A stretch of 64,000 nucleotides of DNA, from positions 192,001 through 256,000 of the forward strand of contig OY760907.1 in NCBI GenBank assembly GCA_963664195.1, read 5' to 3'. The first letter of the stretch is position 1; each line of letters begins with the position of its first letter. The notes beneath the pieces were generated by a model that saw only the letters and a list, made by a program, of their open reading frames with translations, had not been told where the DNA came from and did not search any database. Both the position numbers and the translations under genes were made by a program. This document shows positions 8,251 through 18,554 of this stretch, in pieces. Origin of the DNA: an uncultured candidate division Zixibacteria bacterium. GTDB lineage: Bacteria; Zixibacteria; MSB-5A5; GN15; FEB-12.

Positions 8251-10321
8251 CTTGGAACCTCACCATCCCTGTGGAGACGATTTCCACATTGGGTACGATT
8301 TCGTTGTAGGACACAATCGCCAGCGCGGGATACGTGACCTCGACCAGTCTCCGTAGTGCCAAACGGACGTTCGGCGAGCAGATACACACCGCCGTGAGTC
8401 CGGCGTTCTGCATCCGTTCCGTCTGCTGTCCAATCTGCTCCAGGAGTTTTTCGGTCATGGCCGGTTCGAGTACGAGCATGAGGCCCTGCTTGGTGTTCTG
8501 CACCGAGTCGGCCAGATGCTGCTCGACAGCCGGGTCAATCGTGTACACGTTAATCCTGCCGGTGTTGTCCTTGTACATTTCCGTGATTTGTCGCTTAAGC
8601 GCCATGCGGACGTACTCCGCAAGAACGTCCGGTTCTTTCGTGGCGCCGATGTAGTCTGAAGTCGTTTCGACGATAGTCGCCAGATCGCGTACCGGCACTC
8701 GTTCCGCGAGCAGCGTCTGGAGCACCTTGTGCAGCGTACCGAGCGGAACCAGTTCTGGAATGACCGCGTCAACCAGCGCCGGGTAATCTTCCTTGAGCGT
8801 CTCGACCAGATGCTGGACATCCTGTCGCGTGAGAATCTCCGGCGCGCTGTTGCGAACCACCTCGGTAAGATGCGTCGCCAGAGTTGCCGAGGGTTCCACG
8901 ACCGTGTAGTTGTTGGCCTCGGCGACTTCCTTGAGCGTAGGAATAATCCATGTCGCGTTCAAACCGAATGCAGGCTCCCTCACATCAAAACCATCGAGTT
9001 TCTCATCCACGAATCCGGGGTTGATCGCCAGGTAGTGATCCGGCATAAGCTCGGAACCGGCCACCCGGATTCCCTTGATCTTGACCTGGTACTCATTCGG
9101 CTTGAGCTGCACATTGTCGCGGATACGGACCGACGGCACAATGATACCGAGTTCCGAAGCCAGTTGTTTTCTGATCGTTGATATTCTTTCGAGGAGGTCA
9201 CCGCCCTGATTGGCGTCAACCATCGGAATTAGACCGTAGCCAATCTCCAGACCGATCTGATCGACCTTGAGAAGATCCTCTGTTCTCGCTTCAGCGACTG
9301 GCGCCTGATCGACTGTTGACTTGGCCTCTTCCTCGGCCTGCTGAAGGCGAGCCTTCTGCGCCTCACGAGTCACGTAACCTATGCCGCCCATCACCAGTCC
9401 AATGACGAGGAAAGTGGCGGTCGGCATTCCGGGGACCAGCCCGAACAGTATCAGCACAACCGACGTCACCAGAATCGCGCGCGGCTGGCGCGTGAGCTGG
9501 GTGGTCAGGTCAGTACCCATATTTGAAGATGAGGCGGCGCGCGTAACGATCACACCTGAGGCAGTCGAAACCAGCAGGGCCGGAATCTGCGTGACGAGGC
9601 CGTCACCGATCGACAGCAGCGAATACGTCTTGAGCGACTCGGCCAGAGACATATCGTTCATCGCGGCACCAATAATGAAGCCGCCTATGATATTGATTAG
9701 CGTAATCAGGATACCAGCAACAGCGTCACCGCGGACAAACTTCGAGGCACCGTCCATTGCGCCGTAGAAATCAGCTTCCTGCGAAATCTCTTCGCGGCGC
9801 GTACGGGCTACTTCGTCAGTGATGATACCGGCGTTGAGATCGGCGTCGATGGCCATCTGCTTGCCCGGCATGGCATCCAAGGTGAATCGGGCGGCTACTT
9901 CAGAAATACGCCCGGCACCTTTGGTGATAACGACAAACTGGATGATGACCAGAATGACGAAGATGATGAACCCGACTACGTAGTTGCCCTGCACAACGAA
10001 GTTGCCAAACGAGTTGATGACTTCTCCGGCATACCCCTCGCCAAGGATCAAACGCGTGGATGCCACATTCAGCGACAGGCGCATCAGCGTGACGATCAGC
10101 AGCATTCCCGGGAAGACCGAAAGCTCGAGCGGACGGGTGACGTACAACGTCGTCAACAACACCACCAGCGAAAAGGTGATATTGAAAGCCAGTGCAAAAT
10201 CGAGAAAACCCGACGGTACCGGAATGATCAACACAGTGATGATGCCCATCACAGCAGCAGCCAACACGATATCGGATCGTGCGGCGAGAGTGCTGAGCAG
10301 GCCTGACTTCTGCGTTGCCAT
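8240..10321 (-). CDS. flhA: Flagellar export gate protein FlhA
   Basis: RISEVAARFTLDAMPGKQMAIDADL and FYGAMDGASKFVRGDA; 693 aa. Confidence 0.98.
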   Translation of the reverse strand: MATQKSGLLSTLAARSDIVLAAAVMGIITVLIIPVPSGFLDFALAFNITFSLVVLLTTLYVTRPLELSVFPGMLLIVTLMRLSLNVASTRLILGEGYAGEVINSFGNFVVQGNYVVGFIIFVILVIIQFVVITKGAGRISEVAARFTLDAMPGKQMAIDADLNAGIITDEVARTRREEISQEADFYGAMDGASKFVRGDAVAGILITLINIIGGFIIGAAMNDMSLAESLKTYSLLSIGDGLVTQIPALLVSTASGVIVTRAASSSNMGTDLTTQLTRQPRAILVTSVVLILFGLVPGMPTATFLVIGLVMGGIGYVTREAQKARLQQAEEEAKSTVDQAPVAEARTEDLLKVDQIGLEIGYGLIPMVDANQGGDLLERISTIRKQLASELGIIVPSVRIRDNVQLKPNEYQVKIKGIRVAGSELMPDHYLAINPGFVDEKLDGFDVREPAFGLNATWIIPTLKEVAEANNYTVVEPSATLATHLTEVVRNSAPEILTRQDVQHLVETLKEDYPALVDAVIPELVPLGTLHKVLQTLLAERVPVRDLATIVETTSDYIGATKEPDVLAEYVRMALKRQITEMYKDNTGRINVYTIDPAVEQHLADSVQNTKQGLMLVLEPAMTEKLLEQIGQQTERMQNAGLTAVCICSPNVRLALRRLVEVTYPALAIVSYNEIVPNVEIVSTGMVRFQDDN

Positions 10322-10325
10322 AGTC

Positions 10326-11396
10326 CTAGTTTACCGTCTTGCGTTTGAGTTTGTAGATGTGTGCGAGTATTTCGGCGACGGCTTTGTAGAGGCTGGCCGG
10401 GACCAGATCGCCTATGTCGCACATCTTGAACAGGGAGCGCGCCAGGGGCTTGTCCTCGATAATCGGGATGTCATGCTCTCTGGCGATTTCCTTTATCTTC
10501 TGCGCCACGAGTTCCTTACCCTTGGCGATAACTGTCGGGGCGTCCATTTCGTCTGGAGCATACTTGAGGGCCACCGCGATGTGAGTCGGGTTGGTGACTA
10601 CCACGTCTGCGGTCGGGACGGCATCCATCATGCGCCGGCGTGACATTTCACGCTGAATCTGCCGCACGCGGGCCTTGATCTGGGGGTTACCCTCGGTGTC
10701 TTTGTATTCGTCCTTAACTTCCTGTTTGGACATCTTGATCGACTTGTTGAACTCGTAGCGCTGATATGCGAAGTCGATCGCGGCGATAACCAGCATGGCG
10801 GCACCAATCTTCAGCGCCACCTGCAAAACCAGCAGACCAAGCGTGGCGCCGAGTTGCGAGACACTCATGTCCGGAAGCCCGAAGAAGCTGTCGAACTCTC
10901 CGCGAATCGCGAAGTAACCGACCACCGCCACGGCCAGAAGCTTGAGCGGGTCACGTACGAGCTGCACGAGGGATTTCATCGAAAACTTGTTTTTGAGTCC
11001 CTTGATGACGTCGAGCTTCTCGAACTTCGGCTCCATCGCCTTCGGCGTGATCTTGAATCCGACCTGCGCAACGTTGACGCCGAAACCGATTACCGCCATC
11101 GCCAACAGGAGCGGCAGCACAATCTTCAGGAAGCCGATGACCTGCCCGGAGAAAATCGAGTAGTACGACGGGTCGGAAACGGCGATTGTCGCCGCGTTTC
11201 CGAAAGTGTTGCGCATGAGGTCCTCCACCTGGCCGACCATCTGCGGGCCGAGCATGAACAGCGTCGTGAAGCCAAGACAAATCATCACAGCCCCGTTAAG
11301 CTCCATCGACTTGGCAACCTGTCCCTTCTCTCGCGCTTTGTCGCGCCGTCTGGGAGTTGCTTGCTCGGTTCTTTCCTGGAAACTCTCGTCAGCCAT
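10326..11396 (-). CDS. flhB: Flagellar export switch protein FlhB
   Basis: TEQATPRR and NPTH autocleavage motif. Confidence 0.98.
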   Translation of the reverse strand: MADESFQERTEQATPRRRDKAREKGQVAKSMELNGAVMICLGFTTLFMLGPQMVGQVEDLMRNTFGNAATIAVSDPSYYSIFSGQVIGFLKIVLPLLLAMAVIGFGVNVAQVGFKITPKAMEPKFEKLDVIKGLKNKFSMKSLVQLVRDPLKLLAVAVVGYFAIRGEFDSFFGLPDMSVSQLGATLGLLVLQVALKIGAAMLVIAAIDFAYQRYEFNKSIKMSKQEVKDEYKDTEGNPQIKARVRQIQREMSRRRMMDAVPTADVVVTNPTHIAVALKYAPDEMDAPTVIAKGKELVAQKIKEIAREHDIPIIEDKPLARSLFKMCDIGDLVPASLYKAVAEILAHIYKLKRKTVN

Positions 11397-11402
11397 GACC
11401 CT

Positions 11403-12191
11403 TTAGGCTTTCCCCATCGAGTGCACAAGCATCCCGACAGATTCGTTGAGGTAAGCGGTTGACTTTTCCAGGACGTAGCCGAAAATCGGAAGCGACATCG
11501 CCGTCACGGCGAGACCGACTCCCAGCTTGAGCGGGAAACCGACAATGAAAATGTTCATGGACGGCATCATCTTGGCCATCGTGCCAAGAGCGACATCCGT
11601 CAGAACAAGCGTCACGATTACTGGTGAGGCGATCTTGACCGCCAGCACGAGCGTATACGACGTGTATTTCAGGATCAATTCAGCGGTACCGCCCTGAATG
11701 AGCACTTGTCCCGGCGGAATGATCTGGAAACTCTCGTTGAAAGCCTGGATAACCAGGTGATGACCGTTGATGGCCATGAAAATCAAGCTGGCCAGCAAAA
11801 TCCAGAGCCGCCCGATAATCGCGACCTGCCCGCCTGCGTTCGGATCAAAAGCCTGCGCCACGACCAGGCCGATCTGGAAACCGGTCAGCGCTCCGGCCAT
11901 TTCAGCCGCCTTGAACAGCAGGCTGAAAAAGAATCCCAGCAACAGGCCTACCATCAGCTCGCGCAGGACCATGCCGGCAAGCTCCACGGTCGATCCGGCT
12001 TCGGGGATCGTGACGTCGTGAAGGCTGGGGGAAACAACGATTGCGAGGAGAATCATCAGGCCAATCTTCACTGTTATCGGCACTGATTTGTGGCCCAGAA
12101 TCGGGGCGGCCAGAAACAATCCTGAACCCCGAAATATCAACAGGAAGAACATCTGAAGTTTGGCTGTTGAGTAGGCTGCGAATTCAAACAA
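11403..12191 (-). CDS. fliR: Flagellar export protein FliR
   Basis: Multi-TM protein with PSMNIFIVGFPLK; TTG start with GAGGA SD. Confidence 0.95.
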   Translation of the reverse strand: MFEFAAYSTAKLQMFFLLIFRGSGLFLAAPILGHKSVPITVKIGLMILLAIVVSPSLHDVTIPEAGSTVELAGMVLRELMVGLLLGFFFSLLFKAAEMAGALTGFQIGLVVAQAFDPNAGGQVAIIGRLWILLASLIFMAINGHHLVIQAFNESFQIIPPGQVLIQGGTAELILKYTSYTLVLAVKIASPVIVTLVLTDVALGTMAKMMPSMNIFIVGFPLKLGVGLAVTAMSLPIFGYVLEKSTAYLNESVGMLVHSMGKA

Positions 12192-12235
12192 CGGGTCTAA
12201 TCCTCACAATATGGGCTTATCGTACGTTTCACTAT

Positions 12236-12251
12236 TTCAAGCCGTGTGCCG
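12236..12251 (-). promoter_or_regulatory. sigma54 -24/-12 promoter upstream of fliR
   Basis: Minus strand CGGCACACGGCTTGAA (GG-N10-GA; non-consensus A at -12). Confidence 0.6.
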
Positions 12252-12344
12252 AAATGAAACGATTGTGAAGATTGTTTTAATGCGTTGTCGGCCAGCAACT
12301 TAAGATCGCGCCGATCGTTGTAAGTGAGAGGGGGACTAATTGCT

Positions 12345-12383
12345 CAGGAAATTATTGCCTGCCGTGCCGGAAAAAAGTTCACG
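12345..12383. promoter_or_regulatory. Paired 17-bp enhancer-like sites (bEBP UAS) for the fliR promoter
   Basis: CAGGAAATTATTGCCTG (12345-12361) and CCGGAAAAAAGTTCACG (12367-12383), 22-bp offset; the same layout recurs at 22431-22469. Confidence 0.55.
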
Positions 12384-12409
12384 AGTGTATAATCCATGCA
12401 CAGCCGCAC

Positions 12410-12679
12410 TCAACCTACTAATGTGGGGATCAATTCATACATGTGGCGGGTGAAATCTGTCAGCATGTTGATCATCCAGGGAAGGAACACTATCAACGCG
12501 AGCGCGACAGCCACGATCTTTGGGACGAAAGTGAGGGTCATTTCATTGATCTGTGTGACGGCCTGAAACACTGAGATAATCAAACCAATGACAAGACCGA
12601 AAGCCAGCATCGGAGCGGCTACCATCAGGGTAACCGAAAGCGCCTCACGTCCTATAGCAACAACCATTTGCGGATTCAC
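12410..12679 (-). CDS. fliQ: Flagellar export protein FliQ
   Basis: FQAVTQINEMTLTFVPK. GTG start at 12679 with GGAG SD gives 89 aa. Confidence 0.96.
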   Translation of the reverse strand: MNPQMVVAIGREALSVTLMVAAPMLAFGLVIGLIISVFQAVTQINEMTLTFVPKIVAVALALIVFLPWMINMLTDFTRHMYELIPTLVG

Positions 12680-12693
12680 GGCATAACTCCTTG

Positions 12694-13446
12694 CTAGAGG
12701 TGGAATGAGGCCACCAGTGACTTGATTAGCAGATACCATCCGTCCACCAACACGAACAGGAGGATCTTAAACGGCAGTGACACAATGATCGGCGGCAACA
12801 TCATCATACCCATGGACATCAGCACCGAGGCCACGACCATGTCGATCACGAGGAACGGGATGAAAATCACAAACGCGATCTGGAAAGCGGTACGAAGCTC
12901 CGAAATGACGAATCCCGGCACCAGCACATGAAGCGGCACATCTTCGGCCGTTTCCGGTGCTTCCAGTCCGGCTATCTCCACAAACAGAGCCAGATCCTGC
13001 TCACGTGTCTGAGCCAGCATGAATTTCTTGAAGGGGTTGGACGCCTTGTCGAACGCCTCTTCCCCGGATATCTGTTCGTCCATATACGGCTTGATGCCCT
13101 CGTCGTAAGCCTGGTTGGCCACCGGCGACATAATGAAGAACGTCAGGATCATAGCCAACCCTACCAACAACTGGTTCGGCGGCATCTGATTGGCGCCCAT
13201 CGCCTGGCGAAGGAACGAGAGGACGATTGCTATGCGAATAAACGAAGTCACCATGATCAGCAGCGAGGGCGCCAGCGCCAACACTGTGAGCATAAGAACT
13301 ACTTGAAGCGTCGTGGAGAGATCAGTCGCGTCGGCAACTTCGCCGACTTCCACTGAAACCTTCGGAATCGACTGGGCGGCGGTGTTGACTGCAAGAACCA
13401 GCCCGGTGCCGACCAGGTATGAGAGAAATCTAAGTGCTTGTTTCAT
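12694..13446 (-). CDS. fliP: Flagellar export protein FliP
   Basis: MGMMMLPP...SLPFKILLFVLVDGW. Confidence 0.98.
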   Translation of the reverse strand: MKQALRFLSYLVGTGLVLAVNTAAQSIPKVSVEVGEVADATDLSTTLQVVLMLTVLALAPSLLIMVTSFIRIAIVLSFLRQAMGANQMPPNQLLVGLAMILTFFIMSPVANQAYDEGIKPYMDEQISGEEAFDKASNPFKKFMLAQTREQDLALFVEIAGLEAPETAEDVPLHVLVPGFVISELRTAFQIAFVIFIPFLVIDMVVASVLMSMGMMMLPPIIVSLPFKILLFVLVDGWYLLIKSLVASFHL

Positions 13447-13531
13447 ATCCTATATGCTTCGCTAAGCTGCGGCGGCAACTTCCATGTTACGCGCACTGGT
13501 TTGGTCGCCTTCTTGGCAACCGGTCATCGAA

Positions 13532-14101
13532 TCATGAATTTCCCAATACCGTTCGTTTGCTCCTCAACGTAAAACTCCTGAGCCGTCCGGTAGCGTTCTT
13601 GAGCGTGCCGGCAAAACTGTCCCCTGCCTCCTGGCTGGGAGCCTGCGCGTACATCTCTTGAGTCTCTGCTTCGTCCAACTCGGTGAGCGTTGATATGCGG
13701 CTGTCTGTCACCCCCACCAGAACAGATCGCTTGCCGACCTTCACCAGCGAAATCGCCTTATGCGGGCCGAGGTGTGTCGTCTGGAGAACTTCCAGAACAT
13801 CGCTTTTCGTATTCTGCCCGGGGCGCTTCTGCGTCAGCCGTTTCAGCAGGTAAATGCCGAGATACACCGAAGCAATCACCACAACCAGCGCACTGATCAT
13901 CTTGACAATCGCGCCAATCACACCGGTTTCCTGAGCGGTCGGCACACCGGATTCTGACTGCAGAGCAGTCCCTGGGGCAACCTGGCCGGAACCGTCAGCG
14001 CTGACTCTGTCGACTTGGACCATGAACAGTCCTACAAAGGCCAGACACAGTATTACGGCCACGGTCAGCAGCATACGCTTGTTCTGCCTATTCTTCCGCA
14101 A
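13532..14101 (-). CDS. fliO: Flagellar biosynthesis protein FliO/FliZ
   Basis: TM helix followed by LEVLQTTHLGPHKAISLVKVG..VLVGVT; lies between fliN and fliP. Confidence 0.88.
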   Translation of the reverse strand: MRKNRQNKRMLLTVAVILCLAFVGLFMVQVDRVSADGSGQVAPGTALQSESGVPTAQETGVIGAIVKMISALVVVIASVYLGIYLLKRLTQKRPGQNTKSDVLEVLQTTHLGPHKAISLVKVGKRSVLVGVTDSRISTLTELDEAETQEMYAQAPSQEAGDSFAGTLKNATGRLRSFTLRSKRTVLGNS

Positions 14102-14750
14102 GGGCTTTCAACCTTTCTTCGGGAGTCATGAGCTGCGTGATACGAAGACCGAAGTTTTCGTCCACCACCACAACTTCACCCTTGGCCACAACCTTGTGGT
14201 TCACCAGGAGGTCCACCGGTTCACCGGCAAGCTTGTTCAATTCCACGACCGAACCGGGGCCAAGCCCTAGAATATCCGAGATGCTCATTTTGGTCCGACC
14301 GAGTTCTATTGAAATCGGCAGGTCCACATCCATGAGCAGGTCGATATTCTGGCGCGAGGTCTGCCCCGCCGGTTCCTGCAGGTGCTGAAATTCGGCATTG
14401 GAGACAGAGGCCGACCCAAAGGCGATATCATCCGGCGTAGCACCCGATTCCTCGTCGGGCAGTCCTTCCAACATCTCAAGCATGGCTGCCTCGGCGTCGT
14501 CTTCGGGGACGTCGCTGTCGTTGACGACCTTAAATTCATCTTCATCAACGGCGTCTGCGAGCGCGTCGTCCTGAAGGGATTCGCCATCCGGGATATCGCT
14601 GCCTGCCGAAAGGGCGTCTATCTCTTCCTGAGAAAGCTGCTCCGCGGCTCCGGCGTCATCGGCGGCGGAATCGGGAGCTTCAACCGCGGCGACCTCATCC
14701 TGAGGCTGTCCTGAATCAGCGGAAAGATCCTTATCCAGCTCGTCACTCAT
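14088..14750 (-). CDS. fliN: Flagellar motor switch protein FliN with long acidic N-terminal extension
   Basis: NIDLLMDVDLPISIELGRT...GEVVVVDENFGLRIT. Confidence 0.95.
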   Translation of the reverse strand: MSDELDKDLSADSGQPQDEVAAVEAPDSAADDAGAAEQLSQEEIDALSAGSDIPDGESLQDDALADAVDEDEFKVVNDSDVPEDDAEAAMLEMLEGLPDEESGATPDDIAFGSASVSNAEFQHLQEPAGQTSRQNIDLLMDVDLPISIELGRTKMSISDILGLGPGSVVELNKLAGEPVDLLVNHKVVAKGEVVVVDENFGLRITQLMTPEERLKALAEE

Positions 14751-15747
14751 TGTTCATCTCCTCTGCGATTATGTCGTGCACTTCAAGCACCTGGAAGGCC
14801 CGTTTCTTCCCCGAAAGACCGGGACGGGCTTCAAACTTTTTACGCCTGTTGACATTAATATCAATTAGTCTGTCTATTTTCTTATCCGACGGGATTATGT
14901 CGCCAACCTTCAGATTGAGGAAGTCGCGCATCTTTATCCTGGAATCCAGCAGCACCGCTGCCAATTCGGCGTGAACCTTCTTCAGGCTGTGCTCGTTGCT
15001 GGCCCGCTCCTGGTCGATATTCTTCTTCTTGGTCGCATCGATCCAGTTCTGCGCGGACAGCTTGGTGATGATCGGCTCCAGCGACATGTACGGGTAGCAA
15101 AGGGTCAGCAATCCGGTCGCCTGGAACAGCTTTACCTGGAAGGAAATCACTACCACCGTTTCCCCCGGAGGTACAATCTGGATGAACTGCGGGTTGGTCT
15201 CGAAACTCTTTTGCTCAATGTCGATCTCAACCAGATGTTCCCAGGACTTGCGCAATTCCACATACAGACGCTTCACCAGCGTGGACATAACTGAACGCTC
15301 GATACCCGTCAGCTCTCGTTCCGTCTCCAGAATCTTGCCATGGCCGCCGAACATCCGGTCGATTACTGAAAAGGTCATCGTCGGGTTGAAATCGACCAGG
15401 CAGACACCCTCCAGTGGCGGGGCCCCGTAGGTGTACGTGCACGACGGTGACACGAGCGACATGATAAACTCGCTGTACGTGATCTGGTCAACAGACACGA
15501 GGTCAACGTCGACAATCGTGCGGAGGACGGTCGACAGGGCCGAACCGAAATGTCCGGCGAAGTTGTCGTGCATATTCTCCAGCGTCCGAATCTGATCCTT
15601 GGATACGCGATTCGGGTGCTTGAAATCGTATGCTACGACAGACCTGAGCTTTTCGTCTTCGTACGCACCTGTATCAGCCTCCGGTTCGCCACTGGTTACA
15701 GTGGTCAACAGGGCATCAATTTCGTCTTGTGAAAGTATCTTCGCCAA
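14743..15747 (-). CDS. fliM: Flagellar motor switch protein FliM
   Basis: ILSQDEIDALL, YDFKHPNRVSKDQIR, ETNPQF. Confidence 0.97.
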   Translation of the reverse strand: MAKILSQDEIDALLTTVTSGEPEADTGAYEDEKLRSVVAYDFKHPNRVSKDQIRTLENMHDNFAGHFGSALSTVLRTIVDVDLVSVDQITYSEFIMSLVSPSCTYTYGAPPLEGVCLVDFNPTMTFSVIDRMFGGHGKILETERELTGIERSVMSTLVKRLYVELRKSWEHLVEIDIEQKSFETNPQFIQIVPPGETVVVISFQVKLFQATGLLTLCYPYMSLEPIITKLSAQNWIDATKKKNIDQERASNEHSLKKVHAELAAVLLDSRIKMRDFLNLKVGDIIPSDKKIDRLIDINVNRRKKFEARPGLSGKKRAFQVLEVHDIIAEEMNNE

Positions 15748-15758
15748 GGTTCTCTACC

Positions 15759-16358
15759 CTATTGGAGGACAAAGTCCGTATAGTACACGGCACTAATTTC
15801 ATCAGTATTCAGTAGCTGTGAGAGCCGTTTTTTCACCTGGTATCGCACGATCTCCTTCTGCTTGACATCGGTGAGCTGGGCCACCGTTTTCGAAGACAGA
15901 ATAGTGATCAGGGCGTCGCGGACCAGCGGCTGGCGAGCCTCGAACTCCGCGGCCAGTTCCGCAGAGCCAAGCTCAAAGCCAAATGAGACGGACAGGAATC
16001 GCGTTCCGCCGGTTCCGGCAGGATTGACCACAATGTCACCCACCGCAATAACCAGCGACTGCGCTTCGCCGTGTCCACCTGTCTTCTTGTGCGTGTCCTT
16101 TGGCTTGTGTGCGTCTTTTGGCTTGGCGTGTGAGTCTTCCTTCGCATGCTCGACTTGTTCGGTCTCGTCGGCAGCAGGGTCCTCACTCGAATCCGCCATC
16201 ATCGGTTTGATGACAAACAGAGCCAGAGCAAGTCCGATGACCAGCGCGCCGACACCGATGCCGCCAAACAGGATCAACTTGCTGGAACCTTTCTTTGGCC
16301 CCTCTTCCTGATTGTCGTCAGTCACCTCTACGGTGGTTTTTTCGTCTTCAGTCGGCAT
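15759..16358 (-). CDS. fliL: Flagellar basal-body protein FliL
   Basis: N-terminal TM, IVVNPA, RDALITILSSK, YYTDFVLQ. Confidence 0.93.
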   Translation of the reverse strand: MPTEDEKTTVEVTDDNQEEGPKKGSSKLILFGGIGVGALVIGLALALFVIKPMMADSSEDPAADETEQVEHAKEDSHAKPKDAHKPKDTHKKTGGHGEAQSLVIAVGDIVVNPAGTGGTRFLSVSFGFELGSAELAAEFEARQPLVRDALITILSSKTVAQLTDVKQKEIVRYQVKKRLSQLLNTDEISAVYYTDFVLQ

Positions 16359-16360
16359 TT

Positions 16361-16585
16361 CTATCTCCCATCAATCGGGCTGACTCTGCCCGGTGCTTCC
16401 ACCGGGGCAGAGGCCAGTCTTCTAAACTCCGCCACCCGCGCGATGATTTCGTCGGTAGACTCCTTCACCATGATCTTCTTACCGGTGGTAAGCGAAATCA
16501 TCGTGTCAGGGATGGCTTCAACGAACTCGATCAGATCGGCGTTGATAACCAACTCACTATCGTTTATGCGGGTGACTCGTATCAT
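16361..16585 (-). CDS. flbD: Flagellar protein FlbD/SwrD
   Basis: MIRVTRIN...INADLIEFVEAIPDTMISLTTGKKIMVKE. Confidence 0.93.
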   Translation of the reverse strand: MIRVTRINDSELVINADLIEFVEAIPDTMISLTTGKKIMVKESTDEIIARVAEFRRLASAPVEAPGRVSPIDGR

Positions 16586-16595
16586 TTACTTGCTA

Positions 16596-18554
16596 CTATC
16601 TCTTCAGGTTAACCAGTTCGTCCAGCATCTGGTCCGAGGTGGTAATAATCCGGGCGTTAGCCTGGAATCCACGCTGGGCCGTGATCATGGAGGTGAACTC
16701 CTGGGCGATATCCACCGAGGATGATTCCAGCGCGCCGGAAGTCATCGTGCCGGAGATTGTTGAACCAGCGACACCTTCGACCGCTTCACCGGAGTTTGGT
16801 GACGCCTGGAACATCGAGCGACCTGCCTTACGAAGACCCTGCTGGTTGTTGAAATCCGCCAGCATAATCTGCGCGAGGATTCGCGTGACACCATTGGAGA
16901 AAATCCCCGAAATGTTGCCGGCCTGGTCGATATCGATCTTCTCAAGAAGACCAAGACCGTAGCCATCCTGCCCGAGAATCTGGGCCAGGTGGCTGCCGCC
17001 GGAGGAGAATCCGGTCAGACCGTCAAACTCGCCAACCGAACCGGCATCCAGGTCGATCTGCATCATGTCGGCACCGTTGTTCGGGTCAATAGTGATGCCC
17101 GTAGCGCCACCAAAGAAGTCAAACGTATTGAGAGAACCGTCGGAGTTGAACTGAACGTAGCCAGAGCCTCCGGCCGTTATGTCCTCAACACCGGTGGTGG
17201 ACGCACTCCACTCCCAGCGGTTGTCGACAATCGACTTGAAGAACTCCACCGTCAGCGTATGGCGACCGCCCTGCGAGTCATAGACGTTGATGGACATCGC
17301 GTGCAATGTCGGCTCGGTTTCTATGATGAGCGGAGTCCCGGCGTTAGTGTTGCTGAGTTCATCGTTGCGGGCGGTCAACTCGATGCCGCCGCCACCAATT
17401 CCCTCAATGCCCCTGACCAGACCGGTTCTATCATCGATGATTGCATCGAGTACCGTCGTGATCGGACCTGCAGCGGCGCCGAAGCCACGTTCTGGCGTAA
17501 AGACATCAGTAATGACGTAGTTTGCGGCCACGCCGCCGGCAGATGCGAGCGGGTCACCAACGGTAACACCAAACACAACGTCTACAATGTTTCCGGCAGC
17601 GGCATTTCCCGCCGACATGAAATTGTAGGCCGCATCGGATCCCGCCTTGTCGCGGGTTATCACAATCTCGCCACCTGCCAGTTCGGCCGTAATCCCACTG
17701 ATCTGATTGATGGCGTTTATAAGATCCTGCACCGTGGAGTCGTCGTTGAGATCCGGTAGAATCTGAGCAGCCCCACCATCGACACTGAATCCGAATCCCG
17801 TATAATCGGTGACGCCAAGCCCGCCTGGGCCTCCCAGCGTCCTGTTTGCGGTAAGAACTCCGCCCGTGCTACTTGTGGCGTCTGCGTTCTCTGCCTGCGG
17901 ACCTGTAATCGTAATCCTGTGCGTACCGCCGACTCCGTCAACTGCAGTTCCAGACACCGTTTCCACGCCCGAACCACCGTCATCAAAGCTCGAGACAGTC
18001 GCATCCGTAATCGAAGCATCAATGTTGTTGCCGAGCCGGACTACTTCAGTCGCGCGGGCCGGGTCCTGCTGACCGAACGGGATATTGATATTGCCCGAGG
18101 TCGCCAGCGACGGAATCTGCCCGGAGGAGTCGGCCATTTTACCCTGTACAAACAAGCCGGTAGCGGGGTCAACCATGTTGGACCCGGCATCGAATCCAAA
18201 AGCACCCGCGCGGGTGTAGAAGTTGTTGCCGTTGTTGTCGCCAAGGATGAAGAACCCGGAGCCCTGGATGGCCATATCCGTGATCTGACCGGTAGTCTCC
18301 AGGCCGCCCTGCAGGAACAGGTTATCGATTGTAGAAACCTGCATGCCCAAACCGAGCTGCTGCGGGTTGGTACCGCCTGATACCGAGCTCGGACGCCCCG
18401 CGCCCTTGTACGTTTGTACCAGTGCTTCCTGGAAATTGATTCGTCCGGCCTTGTAGCCGATGGTGTTGACGTTCGCGATGTTGTTACCGATTACGTTCAA
18501 CTTGGTCTGGTGGTTCTTCAACCCCGACACACCAGAAAATAGAGATGCCATCAT
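16596..18554 (-). CDS. flgE: Flagellar hook protein FlgE (long, with inserted domains)
   Basis: GNNIANVNTIGYK, YTRAGAF, ALESSSVDIAQEFTSMITAQRGFQAN. Confidence 0.96.
   Translation of the reverse strand: MMASLFSGVSGLKNHQTKLNVIGNNIANVNTIGYKAGRINFQEALVQTYKGAGRPSSVSGGTNPQQLGLGMQVSTIDNLFLQGGLETTGQITDMAIQGSGFFILGDNNGNNFYTRAGAFGFDAGSNMVDPATGLFVQGKMADSSGQIPSLATSGNINIPFGQQDPARATEVVRLGNNIDASITDATVSSFDDGGSGVETVSGTAVDGVGGTHRITITGPQAENADATSSTGGVLTANRTLGGPGGLGVTDYTGFGFSVDGGAAQILPDLNDDSTVQDLINAINQISGITAELAGGEIVITRDKAGSDAAYNFMSAGNAAAGNIVDVVFGVTVGDPLASAGGVAANYVITDVFTPERGFGAAAGPITTVLDAIIDDRTGLVRGIEGIGGGGIELTARNDELSNTNAGTPLIIETEPTLHAMSINVYDSQGGRHTLTVEFFKSIVDNRWEWSASTTGVEDITAGGSGYVQFNSDGSLNTFDFFGGATGITIDPNNGADMMQIDLDAGSVGEFDGLTGFSSGGSHLAQILGQDGYGLGLLEKIDIDQAGNISGIFSNGVTRILAQIMLADFNNQQGLRKAGRSMFQASPNSGEAVEGVAGSTISGTMTSGALESSSVDIAQEFTSMITAQRGFQANARIITTSDQMLDELVNLKR

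Noticed and set aside
18015..18050. Spirochete-type lysinoalanine cross-link site in FlgE
   Set aside because: The equivalent motif reads LGNNID with no catalytic Cys.
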